Shown here: one piece after another, positions 36,493 through 50,333 of the stretch
Layout of the letters: each line of letters begins with the position of its first letter
Position numbering within the stretch: position 1 is the stretch's first letter
Assembly: GCA_043228905.1 (NCBI GenBank)
Contig: JBHGNT010000008.1
Location: forward strand, 18,228,001-18,292,000
Reading direction: 5' to 3'
DNA length: 64,000 nucleotides
Origin: Azolla caroliniana
Taxonomy: Eukaryota; Plantae; Polypodiophyta
Notes under the pieces: generated by a model
What the model saw: only the letters and a program-made list of their open reading frames with translations
Database searches by the model: none
Told to the model about the DNA's origin: nothing
Program-made: the position numbers and the translations under genes

Positions 36493-36945
36493 TGTTGAGA
36501 ATCAAGCTCAACATAGTGCAACATGTGAACACACCTTTTGAGAATCCATGATTACTCAAAGGTCAAGAGTCACACCACTACTCTCTACACATTAACTATG
36601 TGTCATAGAATCAATTCTATGACACATAACTAATGAGTTACATATTCCCCATGACTATGAGTCTTCACATTCCCCAAGAGAGAGAGAGTGGTTGTTGTAA
36701 AGTTAATGAAGAGAGAGGGTGACTCTATATAAAGCACCCTCCTCATACTTCATACTAAGTCGGTTGTGACTCCTTATTATGCTACATTTTGTAATTCTTA
36801 TTCTACTTGTGAAATATACACCTTCTTCTTGAGTATTCCTTTTTCTATCTATCTTGTGTTCTCTCATCTCTCCGCTAATTCCTCTCACACATACACATAA
36901 CACACATCTCTTCCGCTACACAAGAATCATACCCGATTCTTTACA
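36493..36945 (+). mobile_element. solo LTR (copia-like)
   Basis: TGTTGAGAATC...GATTCTTTACA termini, perfect 5-bp TSD AAAGG (36488-36492, 36946-36950), internal CTATATAAAG. Confidence 0.88.
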
Positions 36946-37441
36946 AAAGGATTAACCCACATTATTCTATATGAGATTCGAATCTTATTACTCATGGTGT
37001 GGATCCATCAATAAGGGCAGAAGTTTGGGAATTTCTTCTTGGTTGTTGTGTAGTAGATAGCACACACTCAGAGTGTGTTGCAATTCGAAAGGCTCATAGA
37101 TGTCAATCTCTTAACCTTAGCTAATCTCTCATATTTCATACAAAGTCTACATGACCCTTGTTTGTGGAGTTGTGATAGTAACATGCTAATATGGACATAT
37201 GACTAAGTTTTGGATGCTTGGAGTTGTATGTCATTACTCATATCTTAGAGATTATCCTTTTCGCTTCAAGGTATAATCAACAAAGTATGATCTTTTTGCC
37301 AAAGAGAATTATATTCATGTAAAATCTCATTACTCAATAGGTCATAACTAATATGTATGGGTTTAATGATGCTAGTGATTGTTTTGAACTGATGGCATGA
37401 TCTTTTCTTACATGATCCATTTCTTCTTATTTAGCATAATT

Positions 37442-39692
37442 ATGGCTCCCAAAAGAAAAAATCAATGAACCATTAGTGTAATGTTTGCAAGGAAATCACC
37501 TAATGATACAAACGAAATAAATATAAACAATGATTTAAATGAGGATATGGATTTGTTTGGGACTGATTTAGAGAGTTTAACTCAAGAGAGTTGTTCCTCT
37601 AAAATAACCAAAGAAAAGCCTAAAAGAAAACTCAGTGATGCATGGAGAGATAAATTCCCATGGATACGATGTGTTATGCAAGGAGAGAAAACATTAATGA
37701 AATGTACATGGTGTGAAAAATACGCTAGTCCTGGGCCTTGGGGTGTTGGTTCTGGATGCATTACTTTGCAACTTGATGCAATTTTGACCCATGTTAACTC
37801 AAGTGGCCATAAATTATGTGCATCAAAGTGGATATGTGATGTTGAAGGGAAAGCAATGTCCATCCCAAAGCATGTATCACAATTGGATGATATTAACAAA
37901 AATAAGGTCATAACAACAATGAAACTCATGTACTTTATTGCAAAAAAAGATTTGTCTATCACTACATACCAAGAATTATGTGATTTGGTTGTGCTACTAG
38001 AGGTGCCTAATATGCCTAAGCAACATGATTATATACTAGAGGTTGTGCTACTAGTAGATATGGAGGATATGAATTTTTGGTTGCCTTTGGGAAATATCTT
38101 CTAGAAATAAAAAGCTCAAACCTAATAAATTCCCTATACTATTTGATGCTAGATGAAAGTGTTGACAATGGATTAGAGTTGCATCACATTGTGTATGTTA
38201 CATAATTGCAATGTGGTGGTTGTGGGCCTAAGCAAATTGAATATATGGGTTTGTTGAAAATTCCCAATGGTAAAGGTAGAACTATATATGAACATGTTAA
38301 GCATCTATTAGGCGATCGATGCCTCAACATGAACAAGTTGATTGGATTAGGAACTGATGGTGCGTCATCAATGATTGGTAGTGAAATTGGAACGGTAACA
38401 TTAATGAAAAATGATATCCCAAATTTGGTTGGTGTACATTGTATTGCTCATAGAGAAGCATTGGTTATTTCAGATGTATCTAGGGATATCCCTGAGCTCA
38501 TTCTTGTAGAAAAAATTGCAAATAAGGTATATGCATGGGCTAACAATAGTACCAAAAGGACACATGAAATTTTGGAGCTCTTGGAACAAATGCAATTGGA
38601 TGCTCATAGACCCTTACAAATTCATAATATTCGTTGGTTGTCAAGTGGTCAAGTCATGGAAAGATTAGTGAGTATAATGCCTGCAATACTTACTATTTGG
38701 AAGAAAGAGAACTTTAACGAGTGGTATAATAAAGCTTGTATCTATAGTGTGCAATTTTGCTTTTGTATGATGGCTTATGCGTTGCATTTGATGAATATTT
38801 TGAGCTTGAAACTTCAAAAAGAGAATTTGGATGTAACTTCAATCGGTGCAAAAATTGATATTACTATTTCTAATTTGAGGAGGTCTTTCTTGAGAAATGA
38901 CACATTTGCGGATGGAACAATGTATTTATCCAAGTTCTTAAGATGTTCTAAAGTTGGGTTTTTGGAAATAGAGGATAAAGATGGCATTACATATAGACAT
39001 GAACTATACTTCAAACAAATTCCTATGGATAAAGCAAGTCAAAATTATACGAATCCCAATATTGCAAAATCTAAGGGAATGAGGCCATTTATAGATGGAT
39101 CACTGGAAAGTTGTATTAAACTATCTCAAAATTATGTGCAAAAGATTATTGATGGACTAAATGCAAGATTCCCTAACTTAAGCCTCTTCAATGCAACAAA
39201 ATTATTCAGCCCATGCCATTATGCAGTTAATGATGATGTGATTAGGGATAGTAAAGCAAAGACATGGTTGGGAATGTTGACTTCTCACTTACAACCAAAT
39301 GTTGATGTCAGTGCATGTCTTCAAAATTTACATGATGCAAAGGCTTGTGAAATGGAACTCTATAGGTTTGTTGACACTTTACATTTAAATTGTGAAGACT
39401 ATAAAACTATAATGAAGCTTGGCATATGTTTTGCAAAATGAAGGATTGGCAAGATAGTTTCCCTCATTTGATGAAATTATGGCAAGCTACTTTGGTTATT
39501 CTGTCTAGCACAGTTTCGTGTGAGAGAGGGTTCTCTAAGCAAAATCTCATCAAAGAGATGAAAAGAAATTAACTGAATATAAAGCATTTAGATGATTTAA
39601 TGCGAGTCTCATTGAATGGGCCACACATTGAAGAAATACAAAGGGATCGTGTACATGAAATTTGGAAAGATGCAAAGGATAGAAGGGTATAA
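37442..39692 (+). pseudogene. hAT transposase (ZNF862/C17orf113-like), disrupted
   Basis: Zinc finger WRDKFPW..CTWC..H...H; LDESVD, TDGASSM, HCIAHR, RWLS; dimerisation motif STVSCERGFSKQN; several stops and frameshifts. Confidence 0.9.
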
Positions 39693-42600
39693 TATATTGT
39701 TTAGTACGAATATTCAATGTATTTACTTTTTGAAGGGCAAATTTTTTGACAAACCGTCATTTGACGGGCAAATTTTTTGGAATATCGTTCTCATGACAAG
39801 CAATGTTAGCCGTCAAAAGGCAACACTGGTGTCAAGTCCCTCTTTTAATGTCCCTTTTTATAGTCCCTCTTTTAATGTCTCTTTTTATTGTCAAGTCCAT
39901 TTTTTTATCCTAAGAAACTAAAAAAGGAGGGAGTTCTTGTACTCTTTTTATTTTTATTTTTTGGGTTAAACAAATACTTGACTATGCATTTGTATGCGTA
40001 TTCATTTGCATTTAAATGGGAACCCCCACGAATGCGAATATGTTAATCTATGGTTATATGTAAGTCTATTTTTTGTTAATTTGTATGAAATAACAAAATC
40101 AAAATTTAGCCCATTAGCAAAAAATACAAATAACACATTTTTTGGAAAAAAAAAATACAAATAACACAATTTTAATGCATCACAAAAAAACTTTAGAACA
40201 TCATAAGAGTTAAATATCATAATAAAGTGACATGTAATAATTAGTAGGCTATAAAAACCGATTAAATCACAAAACTTTAACTTTCATCACTTAGATAAAT
40301 TACATTGTAAAAGCAAAAATTGATTCTTTATGCAATTACATATTTGATCAATAATTGTCTTAATTTCTTAATTGAAAATCTTGAAATATCTAGACAAAGG
40401 TTCTCAAATATTTTAAGAAACTTACAATTTAAGACCCTTATATGTTCGGAATCGGCTACACCACTTGGCGAGATCAATGTTGTTATTCTACAAGCGACAC
40501 AAATCCATTAAGAAATTATTTATACACAAATGTAGACTTTTCATGGTATAACCAACCTAAGCAATTGAAACATGTTATCATAATAAAAGAAAGATGAAAC
40601 CTTAATTACTTGTTTTGAAACCTCATGATGTCTAATTAAACTTTTTGGAGAGTTTAAATTTGCATATCTTGTAACCACAAGCCCCTCTCAAATGTCAAAC
40701 GTACTTCATCATTTGTGTGCCATCATCACCACCACCATACCATCTAGTAAAGTTTCTTTACAACAAGGCTACAAACCTAGTGGGCTCCCTTTGTATGAGT
40801 ACAATATTTTAATAGCAACAATCCTAAAGGACCATTTCAGAACCCCCAATGTATATGGCATAATGTTTGGTAGCCATGATTGCATGATGGTCTCTTACTC
40901 CACAACATTTCCCTTAACAAATTTAAAAAAGTCTTTGTGTGCTTTTGAGCACAACATCGTTGTACAACAATATATTTTTATGGGTTTTCATCTCATCTCG
41001 AGGGTTCCACTACCAATATAGGCATTACTAAAAACAGTTCTCATTTAAAATTTTAAATACCCTCTTTCACATGCTACATATTTGTGTGTTACCATTCATA
41101 AAAAGACATTTAAAAAATATGTTATGTGGAACTTCAATGATAGATTGAGTCTTACATAAAGTGTGAACTTGCCTCCATGTGCTTATTATATAGATGGAAT
41201 ACTTCTGAATGTTAGAACCTACACCAATGTTGTCTCTCCACGAAGACAGGACCCCAACTCCTAAATTATCTATTGAAATCACATTGTTCCATACATCAAT
41301 TTGTAGTGTATGAGATGAAGAATGTTGGCTAGTTTTTATTGATCCTTCATAGTATTTTAGATCATAGCAATTCATCAAATAATTAATCACAATCTTTTCC
41401 TCATATTTTATCCTCATCAAAATCACGGCCCTTCACAAAATGAAACTATGTTAGAACCCTGCCCAAAGTAGTGTCTTTCTATGTTTGAGTGGCATATATT
41501 CAACACCCATGTTGTAAACACAATGCTTGACCCAACATTGCACAAATATAAATCATTCCACTATGATAATGAGTAGCTAATTTGGAGCCTACCCACCTTG
41601 TTTAGAAAATATATTATTATTTAACAACTACATCCACAATATATAATATAGTCGAACAACTTCAACACCTCTTTAGAACTTGGCATGACATGTAGGTTAG
41701 GCAAAATGAATAAAAATTCTAACATGCAACATAACTAGTTTGGTTTATAGGGTGCTTAAAATGGTGCTTTTGGACCCTCCTACACTAATTGTTCTACACC
41801 TTAAGAGCACACGTTATAACACTAGTCTTTAATGCAAATTATTTTGGGACGTTACTGTTGCACTATTAGCCTCTTTAGCACCCGAACACTTTTCTTCCAC
41901 GTGACCTTTTTGAGAGCACATGGATGTATGTCAACATAACAACTTTTGACCACATGAGCACTTAAGACAATGTTCATTCATTTAACTACCAAATAATAAC
42001 ATTCATTTAACCACCAAATAAACACCATTTGTTTAATCACCAAATAACACCATTCTTCATCTTGGAGTGTTTTTGGAACCTAATGCACAATTAGCCACTA
42101 CACAATGTCTATTTTTTAGTTTTGCGATGACAAGCATTCTAAAGAAACGCATGTGAAGGCCCGAGTAACAATTGTCTTCGACAAAGAGCACATAATTCAA
42201 TGTGCATATATCACAGTTCTTCGACCTTGAGTGGTTTTTTTTTTTTTTTGGGGGGGGGGGGGGTGCTTGCTACAACGTCTTGGAGCCCTTGAAATGACAA
42301 ACGTAGAAAGAACAAACACTTGTTAGGTAGCCTACATGTACAGAGCACTAGTTCTTCAAATTGGAAGTGCTTCTTCGACGAGCAAGTCAACTTCCGTCTA
42401 TGGGGCATGCTTAGTATTATCGTGTATACGAGGCCATCCCATTCAGCTTTACGACACCTCATGGGTACCGTTCGGTAACCGCAATATGAGAACATCCCAT
42501 ATGTTCCATGTTCTTGTATTGGACAGCCTCACAACACGTCGTGGATGCCTCTGTCCCTCCCATTGGGTAACCTTGAGACAAGACCATCCCATCTAATCCG

Positions 42601-42704
42601 TGTTCCTATAGTGGATGACTTTCACAGCACCCAGAGGGTGCCTCCATCCCTTCCCATCAGGCCATCGGGGACACACCAACAACACTCGAGACCTACAAGA
42701 ACAT

Positions 42705-42736
<32 letters not shown>

Positions 42737-42738
<2 letters not shown>

Positions 42739-43012
42739 AACAAGTTCGAGAATATGAGTATCACACTTTGATACAATGCTCTCTTCCTTTGATCATATTC
42801 GACCATGCTTTCTACACATCTTCGACCAAGCCCAATCCTTTCACGAATTTCTTTCACAACCACAATGTGCACACCCGATTGCAACATTCATCGATAAAGT
42901 TCTTGAACATCGAGAGTCGCTACTCACTCTCAAATGTAGTCAATGAAATGTAATATTTTTTGTCTCATTAGGTCATATTTGACTTCTGAAGACAATAATA
43001 GAATCTATCTAT
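42737..43012 (+). mobile_element. 5'-truncated 3'-end copy of the same LINE family
   Basis: Matches 34650-34925 (TAAACAAGTTCG...GGTCATATTTGAC...AATCTATCT); directly preceded by (CT)n. Confidence 0.88.
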
Positions 43013-43205
43013 GTTTGAAACTAATGTAATTTTTCAAGAACAAGGGGAGACAATAAATGTGGACACACCTACGCCACTCGGCCTCTCTCTTCATGAAGCG
43101 GAAATGCAAAGAACAACCAAACGCCCTCGGATGTTGGGCTTCAAAGCAACTCGACGCGGAGTAGAAATGATTAAGAAGATAAGGGAAAGTGGGCTACGCC
43201 GCCTA

Positions 43206-43665
43206 TAAGAATGGGCGTGGTTCGGTTTGGTTTCCTGGCCTTGAAACCAAACCAAACCATTTATTTATATTAAAAACCAAACCAAACTATTTTAATTTTA
43301 TGAAGCCATTTAAATTGAACCGTTTAGAACCGAACCGTTTATGAAAATTTTAGAACCAAACCAAATTTATAAACCAATAAACCTATAAACCTTTAAATCT
43401 TCAAAACTTTTAAACTTTTAAATCTTTAAACCATAAACCAAACCACATAAGCTGAAACTGCTAAACCGCTAAACCGTGAAATTCAAAACCAAACCGAACC
43501 GAACCCGCTAAACCATGAAATTCAAAACCGAACTGAATCGAAACCAAACCGGATCATAATATTTGAAACCAAACCAAACAGTTTATTTATCTTTAAACCA
43601 ATAAACCGTTAAGCCATGGCTTAACGGTTCGGTTCGGTTTGAAGCTAAAATTGTGCCCATTGCTA
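43206..43665. mobile_element. non-autonomous hAT element (MITE)
   Basis: TIRs TAAGAATGGGC / GCCCATTGCTA; perfect 8-bp TSD GCCGCCTA (43198-43205, 43666-43673); AACCR/YGGTT subterminal repeats. Confidence 0.88.
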
Positions 43666-45454
43666 GCCGCCTAGAAGCTATGGTTGGGGTACCTCTTACA
43701 TTGGGACCACAAGCCACATCCACACTGAAACCCTTTGACCTCCCACTTCTTGTCGAGAGACTTGGATGGAAATGGAACTAGGCCTAGTATAAAGCCATTT
43801 CCTTATAGAACATGTTTATTTCTTACTAGAACCATTTAGCTTAAGCTTTATTTTATTTTATTTTGTTTTTATTTTTTCTTTCGACGAATGGGTAAATACC
43901 CCCCCCCCCCCCCCCCCCCCTTTTTTGTTGTCCAAAAAAACTCCTTCCATTAGTTATAAAATTTTACAAATGAGATTATTATGTACAAATCCCTGCAGGG
44001 ACCGTACAAAATTGTCTCATGGGCCAATTTTGGCCGTAGAAGACGTTAATATATCTTTCTTTCTCTTGTCTTTGGGCCTCAAGTGGTCCAAAAGGACAAG
44101 AATATTATTATTATGGATTCCCTTATACATACTATGTATGTATGTACTTACATACTTTACTTCTACTATTCACTACATACATTACATACATTTAACATAC
44201 ACACATATTTACTTACCATTTCTAACAGTTTCCACTCATATTTATTTGCACTTTCCTTCGCGTCATTCCTTCTTCTTGTGGCTATGGTGGCGTGCCTCCT
44301 TCGATTCCTGCACTCGCATTCCTAGTCTCGCCTCTGGTTCTCCCAGGTAGACTCTCTCTGTCTGTCTCTATCTTTCTCTTTGGTTCTCTGGACATACATT
44401 CCTTGACCACACGTATACGTTGTATTGATACCATTACATCGACGTTAAACATTTAAAGTGGGAACCAGAAATACATTTTTGTGTATACATACATATACAT
44501 ATATATCCATTCATATGCATGTGTGTATCTGTTCGTGTGGACATTGTTTCAGATCGGTTTTCTGATACGAGTTCTGAAAGAGAGACAGATGATGATGACT
44601 ATATCCAATACATTAGGTTTTGTACATTTCTTGATCATTCGGACTTTATAAGGAGGATTTTGCTTCACCGTGGGTTTAGAAAATATATTATATTTTATGT
44701 GTGTCTGAAAATTCTATAACAGCTTCATTATATCTTGAACTAGAAGATGCTTCCATGTGTATAATTTTCTTATTGATGGAGTTGACGAAAAATTCTGAGA
44801 TAAAGGGAATCCTATCAAAAACAATTTGTTGTATATTGCTTACTAGTCTGTATCTTTATCCATTACCAGGAGAAATTTGCGTCATCTTTGAGTTTGGAAA
44901 CACATATGTGTGTTTATGTGTCGAATCTTAGTAGATGAATATTCACAACAAAGTCTGAGAGAGGAAAATGATAGGATCAAAGCCCCATAATCAGGAGAAA
45001 ATTTCCTTCTATTTGAATTCAGAAATATGCGAATTTCAAACAAAGAAAGAGAATCAGATCAACGCATTTGCTTTTACCAATGTATATAGAAACCGTATAG
45101 AGATTAAATCAAGGAAAGAAGATCAGATCAAGCCATTTGCTTGCCGATGTACATACTCGCCATACAGGCTTTGACAATTATCAGAAGAAATTTTCTTGTA
45201 TTTCTGTGTCAGGAAGTTTATGGAAAAGTTCAATAGAAGGCATTTACAAGTCTACGGGAATAGGGGGGATCACATCAATGCATTATCATTTTTTCCTTTT
45301 TCATTTTTGTATATTATTTTTCCATACTCTCCATACAACATTTGGCTGTTATTAGAAGAATTTTGCTTCACGTTTGAAATACAAGTTTTCTTTTTGTGCG
45401 GCAAATTGGTTTTGGAACTAGAACAAAAGTCTGAGAGAAAGAAGATAAATTTTT

Positions 45455-45661
45455 ATTAGAAAAATAATGAGGCCATTGGCTGGAATTTACAATGCTGGCC
45501 AAATTGGCCTAGAAAGACCAAACAATAGATTACATCTGAAGATGTTGCCATTGGCTGGAATTTACAACAAACCAAAATGAAGATAAATTTTAGATTAGAA
45601 AAATAATGTGGCCATCGGCTGGAATTTACAATGCTGGCCAAATTGGCCTAGAAAGACCAAA
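45455..45661. repeat. local direct repeat in the presumed desaturase 5'-UTR intron
   Basis: GGCCATYGGCTGGAATTTACAATGCTGGCCAAATTGGCCTAGAAAGACCAAA occurs twice, plus a partial copy between. Confidence 0.8.
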
Positions 45662-46846
45662 ATGAATGTAATGAAGTAAATGGAAATAAAAGGGACTAAC
45701 AAATCCGGTCATCTATACATGCAAGATTTTCAAGGAAGATAGATTGTAATTTTTCTTCGAAACTTCTCTACCATACATCAATCCAGAATGTAGAGATCTC
45801 TGACATGAGGGAACCACCTAAAAGGAAAAGAGGGATGATTTTCAGCGAGCAGCTATTGAGGGATGATGTTCAGCAGACAGAGAGTAGAGACGCAGATTTT
45901 TGGGTGTACCCAACCGCCTTGATTGGTACACAAGAAAAAAGGTTATTATATTAGGTAACCCTACAAAGAAAGAGGTGTGTTAACATTACAAAAGGAGGCG
46001 TCCTGTCCAGGTGAACAATGTGTTCACATATACGAATAATTACCTAATTTGTGAACTACGGGCCTTTACACCTAACACCACCAGCAGTGGCAGGACATAG
46101 TGGTCTGTATATGTTGTTGACAAGTGTGGTGAGAATGTGGTCCACGAGGCCAGGGCCTATGTGCACGACAAATTGCTATTGCTTGATATGTTGTAACCCC
46201 TTTGCATTGTCCTGGTTGGGAGTCCACATGCGTGGTCCTTGATGGACTTGTAGCACGAGTAGGAGTGAGGAGGCTTAAGAAAGTTGTTATTGCTCTTTGT
46301 TGACGAGCTTGTGTGGTTGTATCGTTGTCTTTCAACTTCTCTATATATCTCTTGAGTTCTAGCAAGAATGTCTCAAGCATGGTTGGTTGTCACCTTCCAT
46401 AGTGGGCCAAACCCTTGGTTAAAGAGGCAATAGTATATCCCTCTTATTTTGATAAAGAATCAACACAGTGTCATTGTTCTGTCTTATCCATCTATGCTAT
46501 CAATGTGATACTAAATCTTGTTTTCCCCAAGGAATTATTGATTCTCTTTGATTTTGCGTGCTCTTTATTTCATTGTTGCCACTTATCTGTGCATTACATG
46601 AATGCTGATACTGGATTATATGGAGTTATGGAAGAAGATAAGTTCATTTGATTTCATTGGGATACTGTTTCTGTGCATGCTTTGTCAATGCTCTTATCAT
46701 CATCATCCATGGTGTTATGATAAATTTTTTTATTTGATGGAAAAAAAACAGCACATGTTGATGTAGCTGTCATACCTCATCTATGCAACCTATATACGAA
46801 TCCTATACTAAAATCATGTTTTTATCTTGTTTAACTTTTAGACGGA

Positions 46847-49800
46847 ATGTCCCCTTCTTTACCTATGGATGATGCAGCAATGGTTCAGAACAATACTGAT
46901 ATTAAACTGAAGAACATATTTTATAGTGCTCCAGATGTCCGCATACATAATAAGCCGGATGATTGCTGGCTTATCATTCGTGGAAGGGTTTATGATGTAA
47001 CTTCATGGTTAGTTTTTTCTCTCTCATGTATCCTTAATTCCTGCATTTGGTATATAAATTGATATCTTACTTTACATTTATTAGGGTTCCACATCATCCT
47101 GGAGGCAGTCTCATCTATGTGAATGCTGGGAAGGACTCTACACAGCTATTTGATTCTTATCATCCACTCATTGTCAGGTATCTGGAACCAAAATCCAAGA
47201 CAGAAGGAATTGTGAATTTATTGGATTATTGAGTTCTGCTGACTTATAATATTGGCTTAATCAAACTTCCACTGTTGAATTAAAACTAACTTGCAGGTAT
47301 CTCAAAGCACCAAAGGTTTGTGATTTTGAAATGTTACTTTTATTGGACTATTGAAGCTTCATATGTTCTAGTGTGTGCTAGAAATGTTTAAAGTTATTAT
47401 CCAGACTAGTGTTGCAACTGTTTCTACTTCTCTCAGAGAAATGCTGGAGCGATTTTGCATTGGGGAACTTAAACAAGATGAATCTTCAGAATACATGTCC
47501 ATAGATTATCAGGATTCTGGAAAAGAAGACTTTTATATAACCCTGAAGAGGCGTGTGGAGAACCATCTCAGAAAGATGAAGGTTTGCAAATCATCTCTGC
47601 GCTGTTGTTTATTAGTATATGTTTCTTGTTCCATTTGACATTTTCAAGTGCGTCTATTTTTTCAGGTTAACCCGAGAGTTCACCCTCACATGTTCCTCAA
47701 GTCCTTCATTATACTTGCCTCATACTTCTTCAGTTACTACTTTACGTTCTACTGGAATGGAAGTTTTTTGCTATCCATCATCTTTGCACTTATGACAGGA
47801 TTTTTGGCTGCAGAAGTTGGTGTCTCCATCCAACATGATGCTAATCATGGTATATTAATTATGAAATTCAAAATTATTGACATATATTTTCAGATTTTAT
47901 ATTAGGAATACATGTATGATAACGCAGGTGCCTATTCAAATATGAAAGGGCTAGGATACCTCATGAGTGCTTCTTTAGATCTTGTCGGGGCAAGCAGGTT
48001 TATACCACATTTTCATTCTGTATTATTGTTTTTTCAAGCTTTTCGGATATCCATTTCTCAGGGGCTATAGATGTAATAATGTTGTTTCTTTCTACAGCTT
48101 TATGTGGAGGCAGCAACATGTAGTTGGTCATCATTGTTATACAAATATGAATGGTTATGATCCTGATATAAGTGAGTGTTGTCTATCGAGATGCACCACT
48201 CAAGTTTCTCTGTAATACAAACCATAATCATCAATGCAAAATACTGAAATACTCCTTCACTTATTGGGTATTTACCTGAAGAACCATAAATATTCCAAAT
48301 ATTACAAGAACTCCGTGCTAGTACAAAATTTACCATTGCACAGGTCTAGTCGTTTTTGGGAATTTATAGTTATTCTGGTATATACCTAACAAGTTAGGAA
48401 TATTTTGGTGCTTTTCGGGTGCTCCATTGTGCATGCTTTTTCCTGCTAAATTTCGGTACTGATTTGCTTGTTTTTGTTTTTTCTTCAATCAGGAGTTAAA
48501 GATCCTGATCTGCGAAGGGTTACTACAGAACAACCAAGGCGGAAGTACCACTATTTTCAGGTATTTTTGATAACAATACAAATTTATTATTCTTGTTTCA
48601 ACATTTAATAAAAGAATCTAACTACCAAATCTGTGTGGTTTTTGCAGCATTGGTATCTTGCATGTCTTTATGGTCTTCTAGCACTTAAAAGTGTCTTTGT
48701 GGATGATTTTGTTGCTTACAAGGCAAAGTCAATTGGAAGGTAAGCCATCTATAATTTATAATAAAACATTATTATATGCTGTTGTTCTCCTTAGTAACTG
48801 TGTTTGTGTGTGTTTTAAAGTGTCAAGATCGCAGATCTGACAAGCCTGGAAACCTATATCTTTTGGGGAGGGAAGCTAATATATGCATTCTACATGCTTC
48901 TATTACCGACCATATTCAGTTGCCATAGTCTTCGTGATGTTTTTATACTATATATAATCAGTCAGGTTAACTCTACAGTACATATATACATTAATTTTTT
49001 TAATTAAAGAAGCATGTCCACCAATCTTATTTTCGTGCACCTGTGTAGCTAGTTACTGGCTGGATGCTAGCGTTGATGTTTCAAGTGGCACATGTGGTCG
49101 AAGAAGTTGCATTTCCAGTTTTAGAAAAGGGTGATCAATTTTCCAAAGTATCTCAAGGCTGGGCAGCTTTACAGGTACAAAGTCTAGTAGCTCATTGTTA
49201 TTGGTTATCTTGATGATGTTTATTTAAACTCACATTATTACAGTTTGTTTTACATGCAACTCATTTTTTTGGTTTTCTTGATATAGGATAGAGATTAAAT
49301 GAAGTTTTTGATTCCATATTCCATTCATCTTTTCATGATTTTAAATCGATAATGATCATGATTCACAAAGATGATCCAAGTTTGTCATGTATGGAAAGTA
49401 TCAACTTTCATACAGTCACATGGGTCTGATTTGTTTCAGGATGTCATTGTCTTGATTTTCCTGATGAGGAGTGTAGTTTGTCAGGAGTTTAGCTTAAAGC
49501 AGCTTTGATTATGTGTTACATGACCTTTCTGATGAATGTCAATCAGTAGCAGTGATGGTTCACAGATTGTTTATAAAGTTTAAGACACGTTCAAAGCGTC
49601 TTAAAGTTTCAATATGCTTTGCATTTTCAATGTTCAGTCATCATAAGCCAACTTCTGTATTGATTTTTCTCTGTTGCGTCATTTCAGGTGAGCACAACAT
49701 GCAACTTTTGTACTGATTCTCTTTTCTGGACTCACATTAGTGGAGGGCTCAATTTCCAGGTAACCATAATGCCACTTGGTCCTCAAAAGGACATTTTTCT

Positions 49801-50333
49801 TTTATAATGATTATTCGATGATAATCTCAAATAGTTCCAATTGATAACCCTGAATAAATGAAGGACTGCATTCTGAAATGGCCTGACTTGGGTTATTTGG
49901 GGGAGAAAACAAAAACTTAGGGGTGTGTGGGGAAAGGAAAAAAATCCAGGGTATTTAATAATTTTTTGCAATCAATAATGTAAAAGTTTCTTTTTGTTTT
50001 GGACAATGCATAAAAAATACGGCTCATTCTAATGGAATCCTTCTGCAGATTGAACATCATTTATTTCCTGGGATGTGTCATCTTTACTACTCAAGTATAC
50101 AATCAATAGTAAAGGAAACCTGCAAAGAGTTCAACATCCCATACAATTGCTTTCCTACAGTATGTGCTCTTGAACTATATCTACTTCATATACTAGGTCT
50201 CTTACTACTGAACCTTGTAATAATTAAACTTTTCAAATGCTTTATGATGTAGTTTGGGGCAGCTCTGAAAGCACATTTCAATTACCTCAAGAAAATTGGA
50301 AGAGAAGACTTCAAACTTCGCTTGGATGGTTGA
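46847..50333 (+). CDS. cytochrome b5-fusion front-end fatty acid desaturase, Delta5-type, 13 coding exons
   Basis: Exons 46847-47007, 47085-47177, 47437-47581, 47666-47849, 47928-47997, 48098-48171, 48493-48560, 48648-48739, 48821-48965, 49049-49174, 49688-49759, 50049-50159, 50253-50333, all GT-AG and in frame; HPGG, HDANH, HVVGHH, QIEHH; C-terminus RLDG. A probable 5'-UTR exon ends near 44346. Confidence 0.93.

Larger units (their letters stand above)
3445..39828 (+). mobile_element. hAT DNA transposon expanded by nested insertions
   Basis: Left TIR TAGTGTTGCCTTTTGACG (3445-3462); right TIR CGTCAAAAGGCAACACTG (39811-39828, 17/18 match); identical 8-bp flanks GTGTCAAG at 3437-3444 and 39829-39836; hAT transposase next to the right TIR. 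Confidence 0.92.

Noticed and set aside
40300-41500. Possible decayed coding sequence or Helitron fragment on the minus strand
   Set aside because: No diagnostic motif or terminus could be identified by eye.
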